Assembly (NCBI GenBank): GCA_009783855.1
Contig: WRCO01000002.1
Span: forward strand, 25,038-89,037
Length of the DNA: 64,000 nucleotides
From: Alphaproteobacteria bacterium
Lineage (GTDB): Bacteria; Pseudomonadota; Alphaproteobacteria; Rs-D84
Direction of reading: 5' to 3'
In this document: piece by piece, positions 55,104 to 64,000 of the stretch
Layout: each line of letters opens with the position of its first letter
How positions within the stretch are numbered: position 1 is the first letter of the stretch
The notes under the pieces: generated by a model
Seen by the model: only the letters and a program-made list of their open reading frames with translations
Databases searched by the model: none
What the model was told of the DNA's origin: nothing
Program-made: the position numbers and the translations under genes

Positions 55104-56198
55104 ATGCTTTCAACTTTGCTTGTCGATTTGGGTTTTCGTTCCGCCGCATCCGGATGGTTCGGATTTTCCGGCGCCACCGCCGTGGCCTTCGTCTTCATGA
55201 TTCTTTTTGGACCCGCGTTCATAAATGCGATGCGCGCATGGCAGAAGAAGGGGCAGCCGATACGGTCCGACGGTCCGAAGACGCATCTTGCCAAGGCCGG
55301 CACGCCGACCATGGGCGGGCTTCTTATCCTTTTGGCGATATTTGTGTCCGCCGCGCTGTTCATAGATTTCAGAAACCCGATTCCGTTTGTCGCGCTGCTT
55401 TCGCTTGTCTTCTTCGGCGCAATCGGCTTCGTCGACGATTACGGCAAAATCAAAAGACAGGCGTCCAACCGCGCCGCCGAAATTCTTTCCGCGCGCGCGC
55501 GTCTTGCGCTTGGGGGGATTGGTGCGATTATCCTTGCATTTCTTGCCGACCGGTTTATGCCGTCGAATCCCGACATGCTTCTTTCCATATACATCCCGTT
55601 TTTCCATATCTTAATCCCCGCCGGAATATTCTATTTCGTTTTCGCGTACTTTGTAATCGTCGGATCCGCCAACGCCGCGAACATCACCGACGGGCTTGAC
55701 GGGATGCTTTCCAAAATCATGCTTCCGGTTCTTGTAGTGATAACGGTCGCGCTTTACGGCGCGACGCATTACGGATTCCTTGCGGGCGGAGTATCCCTGC
55801 CGGACGCCGCGGGATTATATCCGATCGTCGGCGCGGTGCTTGGCGCGGTATTGGGCTTTCTCTGGTTCAATGCGAAACCGGCGCAGATATTTATGGGCGA
55901 TGTCGGGTCGCTTGCGCTTGGCGGATTTATCGGAACGGTCGCGATGCAGTTAAAGGCGGAATTTGTCGTCGGGCTTGCCGCCGCAATGATGGTCATCATA
56001 CTTCTTTCAAGTTTTCTGCAGACAATGGTTTTCAAGCTTACCAAAGATTCGTCCGGGCGCGGCCGCCGCATATTCAAGATGGCGCCGCTTCACCATCATT
56101 TCGAACTCTCCGGCCTTGCGGAAACAAAAATAGTTGAACGGTTCTTCATAGCGTCGATTATTTTCAGCGCGGTCGCTTTGGTGTTGCTTAAGGTATGA
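55104..56198 (+). CDS. mraY: phospho-N-acetylmuramoyl-pentapeptide transferase
   Basis: 364 aa. NAANITDGLDGM and MGDVGSLALGG motifs. Confidence 0.95.
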   Translation: MLSTLLVDLGFRSAASGWFGFSGATAVAFVFMILFGPAFINAMRAWQKKGQPIRSDGPKTHLAKAGTPTMGGLLILLAIFVSAALFIDFRNPIPFVALLSLVFFGAIGFVDDYGKIKRQASNRAAEILSARARLALGGIGAIILAFLADRFMPSNPDMLLSIYIPFFHILIPAGIFYFVFAYFVIVGSANAANITDGLDGMLSKIMLPVLVVITVALYGATHYGFLAGGVSLPDAAGLYPIVGAVLGAVLGFLWFNAKPAQIFMGDVGSLALGGFIGTVAMQLKAEFVVGLAAAMMVIILLSSFLQTMVFKLTKDSSGRGRRIFKMAPLHHHFELSGLAETKIVERFFIASIIFSAVALVLLKV

Positions 56199-56201
56199 CG
56201 A

Positions 56202-57350
56202 ATGTTAAAACGCGCAGAGGAAAGTCATCTTACAAGTTGGTTTTTCGAAATTGACCGCAAGCTGTTGATTGCGGTGTTCGCGCTTGTCGCCGTTGGGATA
56301 TGGGCGACCGTCACCGCCGGGTCCGTCGCCGCGGAACGCATGAGCCCGCCGCAGCCGTGGCATTATTTTTTTATCAAGATGATTCCGTTTTATGTTCTTG
56401 GGCTTGGCGCCATGCTTGTGACAAGCGCGTTTAACAAAAAGCTTGCGCTTGCCATCGCGTGGCTTAATATCGCCGTGTGCTTTGTCCTTCTTGCCATGAC
56501 TTTTATCAATCCGGTGATAATAAACGGGTCTGCGCGGTGGGTGCCGCTGTTCGGATTTCGCGTTATGCCGGCCGAAATAATGAAGCCGGGGTTCATAATA
56601 ATCACCGCGTGGTTTCTTGACAGAATGTACCGGATAATGCCCGGCCAGGACATATTCATATCAAAACGCGCGTGGCAATGGGACGGCTGGCCCGCGTATC
56701 TTGTCCCGTTTTTCGCGGCGGTGTATATTATCTTCAATCATCCGGATGTCGGAACGGCCGCGCTGTATTTTATCGTATTCGCCGGGATGCTTTTCCTTGC
56801 CGGGTTGCCGTGGATGCTTGTTTTGGGGATGGGCGGCATCGCGGCGCTTGGCGGCATCGCGGCCTTTCTTACCGTCGGGCATTTCCAGCGGCGCGTTCTT
56901 TTATGGCTTGGGATGGAAGGCGGCGCGGATAATTTCCAGATAAGACAGTCGGTCGCGGCGATAAGGCACGGCGGCCTTCTTGGTTCCGGCGAAGATTCGT
57001 TTATAAAGCAATCGCTTCCCGACGCGCACACGGATTTCATATATTCGGCGATTGCCGAAGATTCGGGCGCGCTTCTTGCCGCGGCGCTTATCCTTGGCCT
57101 TTTGTTTGTTCTTGGGCGTCTTGCGACGAATGCGCGCACCGCGCGCGACCGGTTTGTATTCTATGCCGCGGGCGGAGTGTTCGTGCTGTTCGGGGTTCAG
57201 ACGTTCATCAATATAGCGTCCGCGCTTGGCATGATACCGACAAAGGGAATCACATTGCCGTTCATATCGTACGGCGGGTCGTCGTTTGTGGCGCTTTGTC
57301 TTTTGTTCGGGCTGCTTCTTGCGCTTGTCCGGGAAGACAGATGGAAATAA
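56202..57350 (+). CDS. ftsW: peptidoglycan glycosyltransferase FtsW (SEDS family)
   Basis: SEDS TM core. MPAEIMKPGFIIITAWFL. Sits between mraY and murG, with no murD in between. Confidence 0.85.
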   Translation: MLKRAEESHLTSWFFEIDRKLLIAVFALVAVGIWATVTAGSVAAERMSPPQPWHYFFIKMIPFYVLGLGAMLVTSAFNKKLALAIAWLNIAVCFVLLAMTFINPVIINGSARWVPLFGFRVMPAEIMKPGFIIITAWFLDRMYRIMPGQDIFISKRAWQWDGWPAYLVPFFAAVYIIFNHPDVGTAALYFIVFAGMLFLAGLPWMLVLGMGGIAALGGIAAFLTVGHFQRRVLLWLGMEGGADNFQIRQSVAAIRHGGLLGSGEDSFIKQSLPDAHTDFIYSAIAEDSGALLAAALILGLLFVLGRLATNARTARDRFVFYAAGGVFVLFGVQTFINIASALGMIPTKGITLPFISYGGSSFVALCLLFGLLLALVREDRWK

Positions 57351-57428
57351 TTCGTGGTTCGTGATGGTGGTTTGTAAGTTTGGTTGCCGGTGGAAAAATC
57401 CCCGCAAACTTATACCATGAACCACGAT
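57351..57428. repeat. family A repeat in the ftsW-murG spacer
   Basis: ttcgtggttcgtgatggtggtttg ... ccatgaaccacgataaaaaacc. Confidence 0.6.
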
Positions 57429-57446
57429 AAAAAACCGGAGGTTTTT

Positions 57447-58526
57447 ATGAAAATATGGATAGCCACAGGCGGAACGGGCGGGCATGTGTTCCCGGCGCTT
57501 GCCGTTGCGGCGGAACTTGTAAAGCGAGGCGACCGGGTCATAATATCCGCCGACGGGCGCGTTCAAGAAATGATTCGCAAAAACAAACCGGCGGGCGCGG
57601 GCACCGCGTTCGTATGGGCGTCCGGCGTCGGCGCAAAATCGTCCGTCCGGCAATTAATCGCGTTGTTCAAAATCGGATGTTCGGCGTCGGCGCTTGCCCT
57701 TCGCTTTATGGTTTTGCGCCCGGACAAGGTTGTCGCGTTCGGCGGATACGCGTCCGTTCCCGCAATACTTGCCGCGCGCGCGTTTCGCATTCCGACATAC
57801 CTTCACGAACAGAACGCGCATATCGGCCGCGCGAATCTGTTTGCGTTGCGCTGGGTCGACGTGCTTATGACATCGTTTCCGAAAGTGTCCGGTATTCGGC
57901 ATTCGGATACGGTATCCGGCAAACTACGCGTTGTTTATACCGGTCTTCCGGTTCGGAAAGATTTTATAGATGCCGCGTCCGAATACCGAATACCGAATGC
58001 CGAATACCGGCTGTTGATAACCGGAGGAAGTTTGGGCTCGCAGATTCTGGACGATGTTGTGCCGAACGCTGTGGCGGCGCTGTCCGCGTCCGTCAAGAAA
58101 AAGCTTTTCGTCGTTCATCAAACGCGGCCGGATGCCGTTGCCCGTCTGCAAAGGTTTTACGCCCACAACGGAATCCGCGCGAACGTTCTGTCGTTCATAC
58201 ACGACATGGCGGCGCAGATGGCGGCGGCCGACCTTGTCATTTCGCGCGCGGGCGCAAGCACCGTCGTCGAATTGCAAACCGTGGGCCGGGCGGCGATTCT
58301 GGTGCCTCTTGCCATCAATCCGGACCAGCCGGCGAATGCGGACGCATTCGCGAAAACCGGCGCCGGATTCAATGTGGCGCAAAGCAAATTTACGGTCAAA
58401 TGGCTGTCGGCAACGCTTGCCGAATTGTTTTCCAATCCCGCGCGGCTTCTGAAAATGAGCTCAAGGGCCCGACAGGAAAACAACGCCGTTGAAAATATAA
58501 TAAAGACGCTGGGCATTGATAGTTAA
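57447..58526 (+). CDS. murG: UDP-N-acetylglucosamine--N-acetylmuramyl-(pentapeptide) pyrophosphoryl-undecaprenol GlcNAc transferase
   Basis: RBS ggagg. MKIWIATGGTGGHVFPALAVA. GT28 C-terminal ITGGSLGSQ. Confidence 0.9.
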   Translation: MKIWIATGGTGGHVFPALAVAAELVKRGDRVIISADGRVQEMIRKNKPAGAGTAFVWASGVGAKSSVRQLIALFKIGCSASALALRFMVLRPDKVVAFGGYASVPAILAARAFRIPTYLHEQNAHIGRANLFALRWVDVLMTSFPKVSGIRHSDTVSGKLRVVYTGLPVRKDFIDAASEYRIPNAEYRLLITGGSLGSQILDDVVPNAVAALSASVKKKLFVVHQTRPDAVARLQRFYAHNGIRANVLSFIHDMAAQMAAADLVISRAGASTVVELQTVGRAAILVPLAINPDQPANADAFAKTGAGFNVAQSKFTVKWLSATLAELFSNPARLLKMSSRARQENNAVENIIKTLGIDS

Positions 58527-58536
58527 AGGTTGCAAA

Positions 58537-59181
58537 ATGAAAATAAAAACAAAACGAATCACCAGCACAAGCCACCGGCCACGAATCGTCCTGTTCGATT
58601 TCGACGGGACTTTGTCGTCGCACGATACGAATGTAGAGTTTGGGAAATATTGCTTCAGACATTCGTCAAGACCTTGGCTTTTTCTGCCCGTTGTTGCGGC
58701 GGGGGCGGTCCTTAAATGGGCTGTCGGACATGACCGCGGATTCCGGGTTCGCAAAATCGACATCGTATGGCGACAGATGGTACGGTGTTTTATTACGTCC
58801 AAGATGGCGAAAAAACTCGCGCCGGGATTTGTCCGGGAACATAAAATGCGTCGGTTCGGATGGGCCGCCGAACAGGTCGCTAAAGAACGAAAAGCTGGGA
58901 ATTTCGTGATACTTTCAAGCGCGACGCCTTCGTATCTGATTCTGCCTCTTGTATCCGATATGGATTTCGATTTGATAATCGCGTCACAGGTTGATTCAAA
59001 GCGCCCGTGGAAAATAAAATTCCTTAACTGGGGCCATAACAAGGTTATGGCGCTTGAAAAGGTCATAGCGGGGCGCAAAGTCGTCCGCGCTTATTCGGAC
59101 AGCGCTTTCGACACGCCAATGATGGATTTGGCAAAGGAACAGGTTTGGATTAATCCAAAAACCGGATGTCGGGAAAATTAA
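58537..59181 (+). CDS. HAD-superfamily hydrolase (HAD-IB/phosphoserine phosphatase-like); N-terminus encoded by a family A repeat
   Basis: IVLFDFDGTL motif I. Residues ITSTSHRPRI derive from repeat 58558-58587. Confidence 0.5.
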   Translation: MKIKTKRITSTSHRPRIVLFDFDGTLSSHDTNVEFGKYCFRHSSRPWLFLPVVAAGAVLKWAVGHDRGFRVRKIDIVWRQMVRCFITSKMAKKLAPGFVREHKMRRFGWAAEQVAKERKAGNFVILSSATPSYLILPLVSDMDFDLIIASQVDSKRPWKIKFLNWGHNKVMALEKVIAGRKVVRAYSDSAFDTPMMDLAKEQVWINPKTGCREN

Positions 59182-59184
59182 TTT

Positions 59185-59379
59185 TTACCGAATTTTTTGC
59201 CGTATGTTGTAAAAATTAATCCCGGCCGTTAAAGCGGCGGCAAGGGCGCCGGCGAGAAGCAAAACGGCGATGCCTTCGTGCCGCTGGATTATAAAGCCGA
59301 TTGTGAAAAGAAGAGCGCCGACAGCCGATATAATCCCGGCGGCAAGTTTGCGATTATTCATGTTATTCTCCGAATTCAA
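59185..59379 (-). CDS. small membrane protein (64 aa, 2 TM)
   Basis: Intact ORF upstream of rmuC on the same strand. Confidence 0.3.
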   Translation of the reverse strand: MNSENNMNNRKLAAGIISAVGALLFTIGFIIQRHEGIAVLLLAGALAAALTAGINFYNIRQKIR

Positions 59380-60244
59380 GTTCGCGCAGTTTCTCGGCGC
59401 GCGGTGTGATTTTATTTATCGATGTTTGCAGTTGCTCCAAATCGTCGGTCGTTTGACGGAAGTGGGTCGCCATCTTTGCCGCCCGGTCCGAAAGACGCGA
59501 CAGGTCCGTAAGCAACAATTCCAATTCTTTTTTTATCTGACCCGCGACCCGCTTGATTTTTATATCGGACAGCACGCTGCGCACTGTATTTAACGTCGCC
59601 CACAGCGTTGCCGGTGATACTATGAAAACGCGGCGGCGGGCGGCATAATCGACCAGTCCCGGAAATTCCCGATGCAAAGCCTCGAATATGCTTTCGGCGC
59701 CGATAAACATCATCGCGCTTTCGGCCGTCTTGCCGGAAATTATATATTTGGACGCGATTGCATCGATATGCGTGCGGACCGCGATTTCGAACTGTTTCCG
59801 CGACATCTCGCGGTCGGTTTCCGTTTCCGCCGATTGCATCTTTGCGTAATTTTCAAACGGGAATTTTGAATCAATCGCCATATCGCCCGGCGGATAGGGT
59901 AATTTTATCACGCAATCCGGGCGCGTGCCGTTATCGAAACTGCATTGGAATTCATACGTTTCCGGCGGCATGACATCGGTGACAAGGTCTTCCAATTGCC
60001 GTTCGCCGAATTGTCCGCGCGCCTGTTTGTTGCCCATCAGTATGTTTTTGAAATTCGCAATATCGCCCGATATGGCTTTCAAATCGTTCGCATTTTGCGC
60101 AAGCGCGCCAAGCCGTTCGCTTATCACATCGCGAAGTCTGTTTATCTGGGGCGACAGGTCCGCCGCCGCGGGCGGCTTGCGGAAAAGCAGGACAAGCAAC
60201 AGGCCGATAATTATTCCAAGTGCGATTAAAATATAGGTTGTCAT
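59363..60244 (-). CDS. rmuC: DNA recombination protein RmuC (short form, 293 aa)
   Basis: N-terminal TM. RmuC C-terminal domain (KQARGQFGERQLEDLV...PDCVIKLP...RRVFIVSPATLWATLNTV). Confidence 0.8.
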   Translation of the reverse strand: MTTYILIALGIIIGLLLVLLFRKPPAAADLSPQINRLRDVISERLGALAQNANDLKAISGDIANFKNILMGNKQARGQFGERQLEDLVTDVMPPETYEFQCSFDNGTRPDCVIKLPYPPGDMAIDSKFPFENYAKMQSAETETDREMSRKQFEIAVRTHIDAIASKYIISGKTAESAMMFIGAESIFEALHREFPGLVDYAARRRVFIVSPATLWATLNTVRSVLSDIKIKRVAGQIKKELELLLTDLSRLSDRAAKMATHFRQTTDDLEQLQTSINKITPRAEKLRELEFGE

Positions 60245-60340
60245 TCGGATTTCCTTTGTTATGATTATAAAGTGAAAAGTGATAGGTGAAAAGTGAAAAA
60301 TGGCTGTGTCGCGCTTTGCGCGGCGATTCTATAAACAATG

Positions 60341-60368
60341 GATCCCCGTCTTCGCGGGGATGACGGTA
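60341..60368. repeat. family D repeat (ggatccccgtcttcgcggggatgacggtaaacgc) upstream of the def start
   Basis: Would encode IPVFAGMTVNA if translated. Confidence 0.6.
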
Positions 60369-60374
60369 AACGCA

Positions 60375-60902
60375 ATGCTTGAAATGAAACTGTGCGGCGA
60401 CCCGGTCTTGCGGGAAATTGCCGTGCCGGTAAACGAAATTACAAACGAAATTAAGGACGCAATGCGCCAAATGGTCGGCATGATGGATACTCATCACGGC
60501 GTCGGGCTTGCCGCGCCTCAGGTCGGCATATTGTCGCGCTTTCTTGTCATGAAGGCGGGCGACGAAATCATCCGGATGGTCAATCCGAAAATCACGGAAA
60601 AATCCCCGGAAATTGCGGTTTTGGAAGAGGGATGCCTGTCGATTTTGGGCCCCGACGGCATTCCGATTTTCGCGGATGTCGCGCGGCCGGAATCCGTTGT
60701 CGTTGAATGGATGGATGAACGGGGCCGGCCGCACAACCGAAAGTTTTCCAACACATGCGCGCGGATTGTCCAACATGAAATCGACCATCTTGACGGGATT
60801 TTATTCATAGATTATCTGTCATCCGCCAAACGCGAAATGGTGATGAACAAAGTAAGGAAACGCAAGGCGCCTGTCATGGCGAAGCGGAGCGAAGACGGAT
60901 GA
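60375..60902 (+). CDS. def: peptide deformylase
   Basis: GVGLAAPQVG, EGCLS and QHEIDHLDG motifs. ATGA overlap with fmt. Confidence 0.9.
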   Translation: MLEMKLCGDPVLREIAVPVNEITNEIKDAMRQMVGMMDTHHGVGLAAPQVGILSRFLVMKAGDEIIRMVNPKITEKSPEIAVLEEGCLSILGPDGIPIFADVARPESVVVEWMDERGRPHNRKFSNTCARIVQHEIDHLDGILFIDYLSSAKREMVMNKVRKRKAPVMAKRSEDG

Positions 60903-61756
60903 AGCGTAAGGCGATTATTTTGATGGGCACGAATGATTGGGTGATTCCGGTGTTCGAACGCGCGGCGAATGAACATGATATTGTCGCCGTATTTACCCGC
61001 GGGCCGAAACCCGCGGGCCGTAAAAGAATCGTCACAAAATCGCCGGTACACGTTTGGGCGGAATCACGCGGAATTCCGGTTTATAACAGGGTTAAAGAAT
61101 TTTCAAGTCTCAAACCTCAAATTTCAAATCTCGATTATATTGTCGTTGCGTCGTATGGCGTTATCTTAAAAGACGATGTTTTGAATTTCGCGCCGTGCGT
61201 AAATATTCACCCAAGCGATTTGCCGAAATATCGCGGACCGGCGCCTATGTCGACGGCCGTGTACAACGGAGATACGGAATCGGCGGTTTGTTTGATGCGG
61301 GTCGCGGCGGAAGTCGACGCGGGCGGCGTATATATGCGCGCGCCCTTTGCGATTGGTGAAAATGATACAACAGCGGACGTTGAATCGCGCGTTGGCGCAA
61401 TATCGGCGGAGATGTTAAGCGGATTTTTGGCATCGCCTTCAAACTATCCGTCCGCGGCGCAAGTTGGCACGCCTACGTTTACCCGCAAATGGACACCCGA
61501 TGACGAGATTATAAATTGGAACCGTGGTGCCGAGGCGATTCATAATCAGGTAAGAAGCATCGGCGGACGGACAAAGATAAACGGGTTGGATGTGAAGATT
61601 CTTGAAACGCGGGTTAATAATGACGAATTCCCCTTTGCCAAGGCTTCGGGGGGCAGGCTGGAAATCCTGCGCGTACAGCCGGCCGGAAAAAATCCGATGG
61701 ATTGGAAATCATTCGTTAACGGTTTTCGCGGGGCGCGAATAGAATTTGGGAAATGA
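60899..61756 (+). CDS. fmt: methionyl-tRNA formyltransferase
   Basis: VAVFTRGPKPAGRKR. NIHPSDLPKYRGPAPMSTAVYNGDTESAVCLMRV. Confidence 0.85.
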   Translation: MKRKAIILMGTNDWVIPVFERAANEHDIVAVFTRGPKPAGRKRIVTKSPVHVWAESRGIPVYNRVKEFSSLKPQISNLDYIVVASYGVILKDDVLNFAPCVNIHPSDLPKYRGPAPMSTAVYNGDTESAVCLMRVAAEVDAGGVYMRAPFAIGENDTTADVESRVGAISAEMLSGFLASPSNYPSAAQVGTPTFTRKWTPDDEIINWNRGAEAIHNQVRSIGGRTKINGLDVKILETRVNNDEFPFAKASGGRLEILRVQPAGKNPMDWKSFVNGFRGARIEFGK

Positions 61757-61781
61757 GAAAGCAGGCATAAGGAAAAGGAAA

Positions 61782-62027
61782 ATGAGAAACACGGAAAACA
61801 AACAGTTCAATCTGGACAATACTTATCACATAGCGAAAGTTTGCTGGAATTGTGCGCATTCTTACGAATTTGATTGGAGCAGAAACAGGAAATTCTTTGT
61901 CTGCGTGCATCCGGAAAGAAAAACCCCGGATGCAGAAAAAATAAGATTAATTATCGGAAACAGGCCGCCGTCCGATTTTGATTTTGTCATCCATCATTTT
62001 GGCTGTTGTGAAAAACATACAAGATGA
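61782..62027 (+). CDS. small Cys-rich hypothetical protein (81 aa; CWNC...C...CC pattern)
   Basis: RBS aaggaaaaggaaaATG. VCWNCAHS...FFVCVH...HHFGCCEKH suggests a zinc-ribbon-like fold. Confidence 0.35.
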   Translation: MRNTENKQFNLDNTYHIAKVCWNCAHSYEFDWSRNRKFFVCVHPERKTPDAEKIRLIIGNRPPSDFDFVIHHFGCCEKHTR

Positions 62028-62827
62028 CGCGATACAAACTGATTCTTGAATATGACGGAACGGATACCGTCGGATGGCAGACACAGGCGGACGGCGTGTC
62101 TGTCCAGTCGTTGTTGCAAGACGCAATTTTTCAATTCTGCAAAGAGCGCGTCGAAGTGGTCGCGGCGGGCCGCACCGATGCGGGTGTGCACGCGCTTGCG
62201 ATGACGGCGCATTTTGATTTGGAAAAAGAGGCCGAACCGGAAACGGTTATGGCGGCGGTGAATTTCCACCTGAATAGCGCGCCACCCTTCGCCGAGGCTT
62301 CGGGTGGCAGGCCGGTTTCGGTGTTGGCATGCAAGCGTGTCGACGAAAATTTTCACGCGCGGTTTGGGTGCAGAATGCGGCGCTATAAATACGTCATCCT
62401 TAATCGGCGGGCGCCCGTGGTTCTTGATAAAAACCGGGTATGGTGGGTGCCGCGACCTTTGGATATTGACGCGATGCGGGCGGCGGCGGTGCGATTGGTG
62501 GGCGAACATGATTGGACATCGTTCCGCGCAGCGGAGTGTCAGGGGAAATCCCCAATTAAAACGTTGGATGAGATAAAAATAATTTCCGGGGCTTTCCAGA
62601 GCCCGGACAATTGCGCTTTGCGCGATTTCCGGGATGACACAATAATTTTTGAATTTTCCGCGCGGTCGTTTTTACATCACCAGGTTCGGAATATGGTCGG
62701 AACCCTTGTCGAAATCGGACTTGGCAAACCGTACGACATAGATGAAATCTTCACGGCGAAAAACCGCGCCGCCGCCGGTCCGACCGCGCCGGCATCGGGC
62801 CTTTATTTTGTCGGTGCGGAATATTAA
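62024..62827 (+). CDS. truA: tRNA pseudouridine(38-40) synthase TruA, with a probable in-frame family D repeat insertion
   Basis: MTRYKLILEYDGTDTVGWQTQ, RTDAGVHA and FLHHQVRNMVG. Residues GAFQSPDNCALRDFRDD are encoded by 62590-62641. Confidence 0.9.
   Translation: MTRYKLILEYDGTDTVGWQTQADGVSVQSLLQDAIFQFCKERVEVVAAGRTDAGVHALAMTAHFDLEKEAEPETVMAAVNFHLNSAPPFAEASGGRPVSVLACKRVDENFHARFGCRMRRYKYVILNRRAPVVLDKNRVWWVPRPLDIDAMRAAAVRLVGEHDWTSFRAAECQGKSPIKTLDEIKIISGAFQSPDNCALRDFRDDTIIFEFSARSFLHHQVRNMVGTLVEIGLGKPYDIDEIFTAKNRAAAGPTAPASGLYFVGAEY
62590..62641. repeat. family D long (52-bp) element inside truA
   Basis: gctttccagagcccggacaattgcgctttgcgcgatttccgggatgacac is about 85% identical to 46756-46808 (tcctttccagattccggacaattgcttcgcaatttccggaatgacac). 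Confidence 0.65.
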
Positions 62828-62925
62828 TTATAGATATCAGATAGTAGATAGTAGATAAAAAAGTGTCTACTATAGTAGACAACTTAAAATTCATTGGAAT
62901 AATTCCGGAATACTATGTCTATTAT

Positions 62926-63993
62926 CTATCTATGCCAGATTCTGTTTGTTGGAATTTGGTGAACCCTTCCGTCTTTATAAATCACAAGTCCGCCGGATAG
63001 GACTTGTTCGTCGCAATTCGGCGCGCGGATGCGCCAGGGCGTGACGATGAAATCCACATCGCTGTTGCAGAGTTTTTCTATGTTAAGCGCAAGCGGCACG
63101 AATTGATGGATATACGCAAGTTTCCAATACGGCGTTTCATATATGCAGACTCTGTTTTCGCAGGTCGCGCGAAACTTTTCGCCGTCGAATCCGCGGCGTA
63201 TCGGGCGACGTGTTTCCGGCGGACGGGTCCAGTTTAATTTCTCCCAAGAATCAAAAATCATCCGATGACTGCTGCTGCTTCCGCGGTTGAATTGCAGCGT
63301 GCCGTCGTCCCGCATAAATGCGACAAGTCTGTTATCATGCGACGAATAAAATATCGGCCGGGGGCGCGCCGCAACAACGACCAATGCGACGACTGCAAGA
63401 AATACTGCGGCGAAACGGCTGATTTTTACTTTATTATCAATTATAAATATCCAGCACATCAAAGATAACGTAAAAAGAGAAAGCGCGATTCCGGGCATGG
63501 CCGGCATCTGCGCCGAGGCGTACGGCAGTGCTTGAATCCAGTCTGTAATCGACAGTACGATTGCGTAAACATATGCCGCCCATTCAAGCGGAAAGAGCAA
63601 TCCAAATTGCGACGTTATCGTTCCAATCAGGACAAGCGGCATAATCGCGAACGAAAACAACGGCAGGCAAAGCAGATTGCCGATAAGCGTATAAATCGGA
63701 ACATAGTGAAAATGATATGCTATGTACGGCGTCGTGAAAATAGTCGCGACGACCGATGTCATAAAAAGGATTTTTAACGCGTCGTATACTTTCTGCAATC
63801 GCGTTTTGCGGCTGTATTTCCGCGTTTGGAAATACCAGACGATGCCGAAGACCGCGCTGAACGATAATTGAAAGCCCGCCTGTACGATATAATGCGGATT
63901 TGTAAGAAGCAGCGCGCCGAACACAATCGCCGCGGTGCGAAGCGAAAATATATTCCGCGCGAATATCATCGCAAGAAAGGCAACAAGCGCCAT
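62926..63993 (-). CDS. comEC: ComEC/Rec2-family competence membrane protein (C-terminal part; the N-terminus lies beyond the window)
   Basis: Polytopic competence-domain-like TM region. The ORF is open to the window edge. No MBL HxHxDH motif is seen in the visible part. Confidence 0.5.
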   Translation of the reverse strand: MALVAFLAMIFARNIFSLRTAAIVFGALLLTNPHYIVQAGFQLSFSAVFGIVWYFQTRKYSRKTRLQKVYDALKILFMTSVVATIFTTPYIAYHFHYVPIYTLIGNLLCLPLFSFAIMPLVLIGTITSQFGLLFPLEWAAYVYAIVLSITDWIQALPYASAQMPAMPGIALSLFTLSLMCWIFIIDNKVKISRFAAVFLAVVALVVVAARPRPIFYSSHDNRLVAFMRDDGTLQFNRGSSSSHRMIFDSWEKLNWTRPPETRRPIRRGFDGEKFRATCENRVCIYETPYWKLAYIHQFVPLALNIEKLCNSDVDFIVTPWRIRAPNCDEQVLSGGLVIYKDGRVHQIPTNRIWHR

Positions 63994-64000
63994 AAGAAGC

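Noticed and set aside
58516-58537. Longer N-terminal extension of the HAD hydrolase (MIVKGCK...)
   Set aside because: It overlaps the murG stop, and there is a better RBS-ATG at 58537.

Overview
This 64-kb window looks like a GC-rich (~55-60%) alphaproteobacterial chromosome, possibly from a host-associated or genome-reduced lineage (inference). Most of it is core housekeeping genes: recF (partial), sspB-like, accB-accC, rnpA-yidD, pnp, ybaB, tRNA-Val, rlmN, surA-like, lptD, lptG, nusA-infB, der, rpoH, yfgM-bamB-like, rluB/rluD/rsmE/truA, rpmE, tRNA-Gln, mraY-ftsW-murG, rmuC, def-fmt and comEC (partial). Four unusual layers sit on top of this backbone.

(1) At least four families of short dispersed palindromic or heptamer-based repeats are present. 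Some copies are inserted in frame into conserved genes (rsmE, lptD signal peptide, rluD, truA, rluB tail). Others supply start-codon or RBS context. One pair brackets a GIY-YIG nuclease gene.

(2) A conserved ~60-nt 5' cassette precedes four unrelated secreted or envelope genes: a BamB-like protein, a TadE/G-like pseudopilin, a Cys-rich protein and a polytopic membrane protein. Its consensus is cacagataaRtgtYgaRattaaaaagatattttacggatattaaaaaagcatct. In three of the four it is followed by a tandem heptanucleotide tract (CTRTGCT)n inside the signal-peptide coding region. This suggests a shared regulatory module with possible slipped-strand phase variation.

(3) Three large tandem paralogs (36196-40307) have TadE/TadG-type prepilin N-termini and beta-helix-like C-terminal repeats.

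(4) Five paralogous polytopic membrane proteins (48041-54932) form a divergent array.

An orphan VirD4/TraG-like type IV coupling protein flanked by repeat elements, and a 960-aa Cys-repeat secreted protein, lie in between. All functional calls rest on motif recognition by eye; no database searches were possible.
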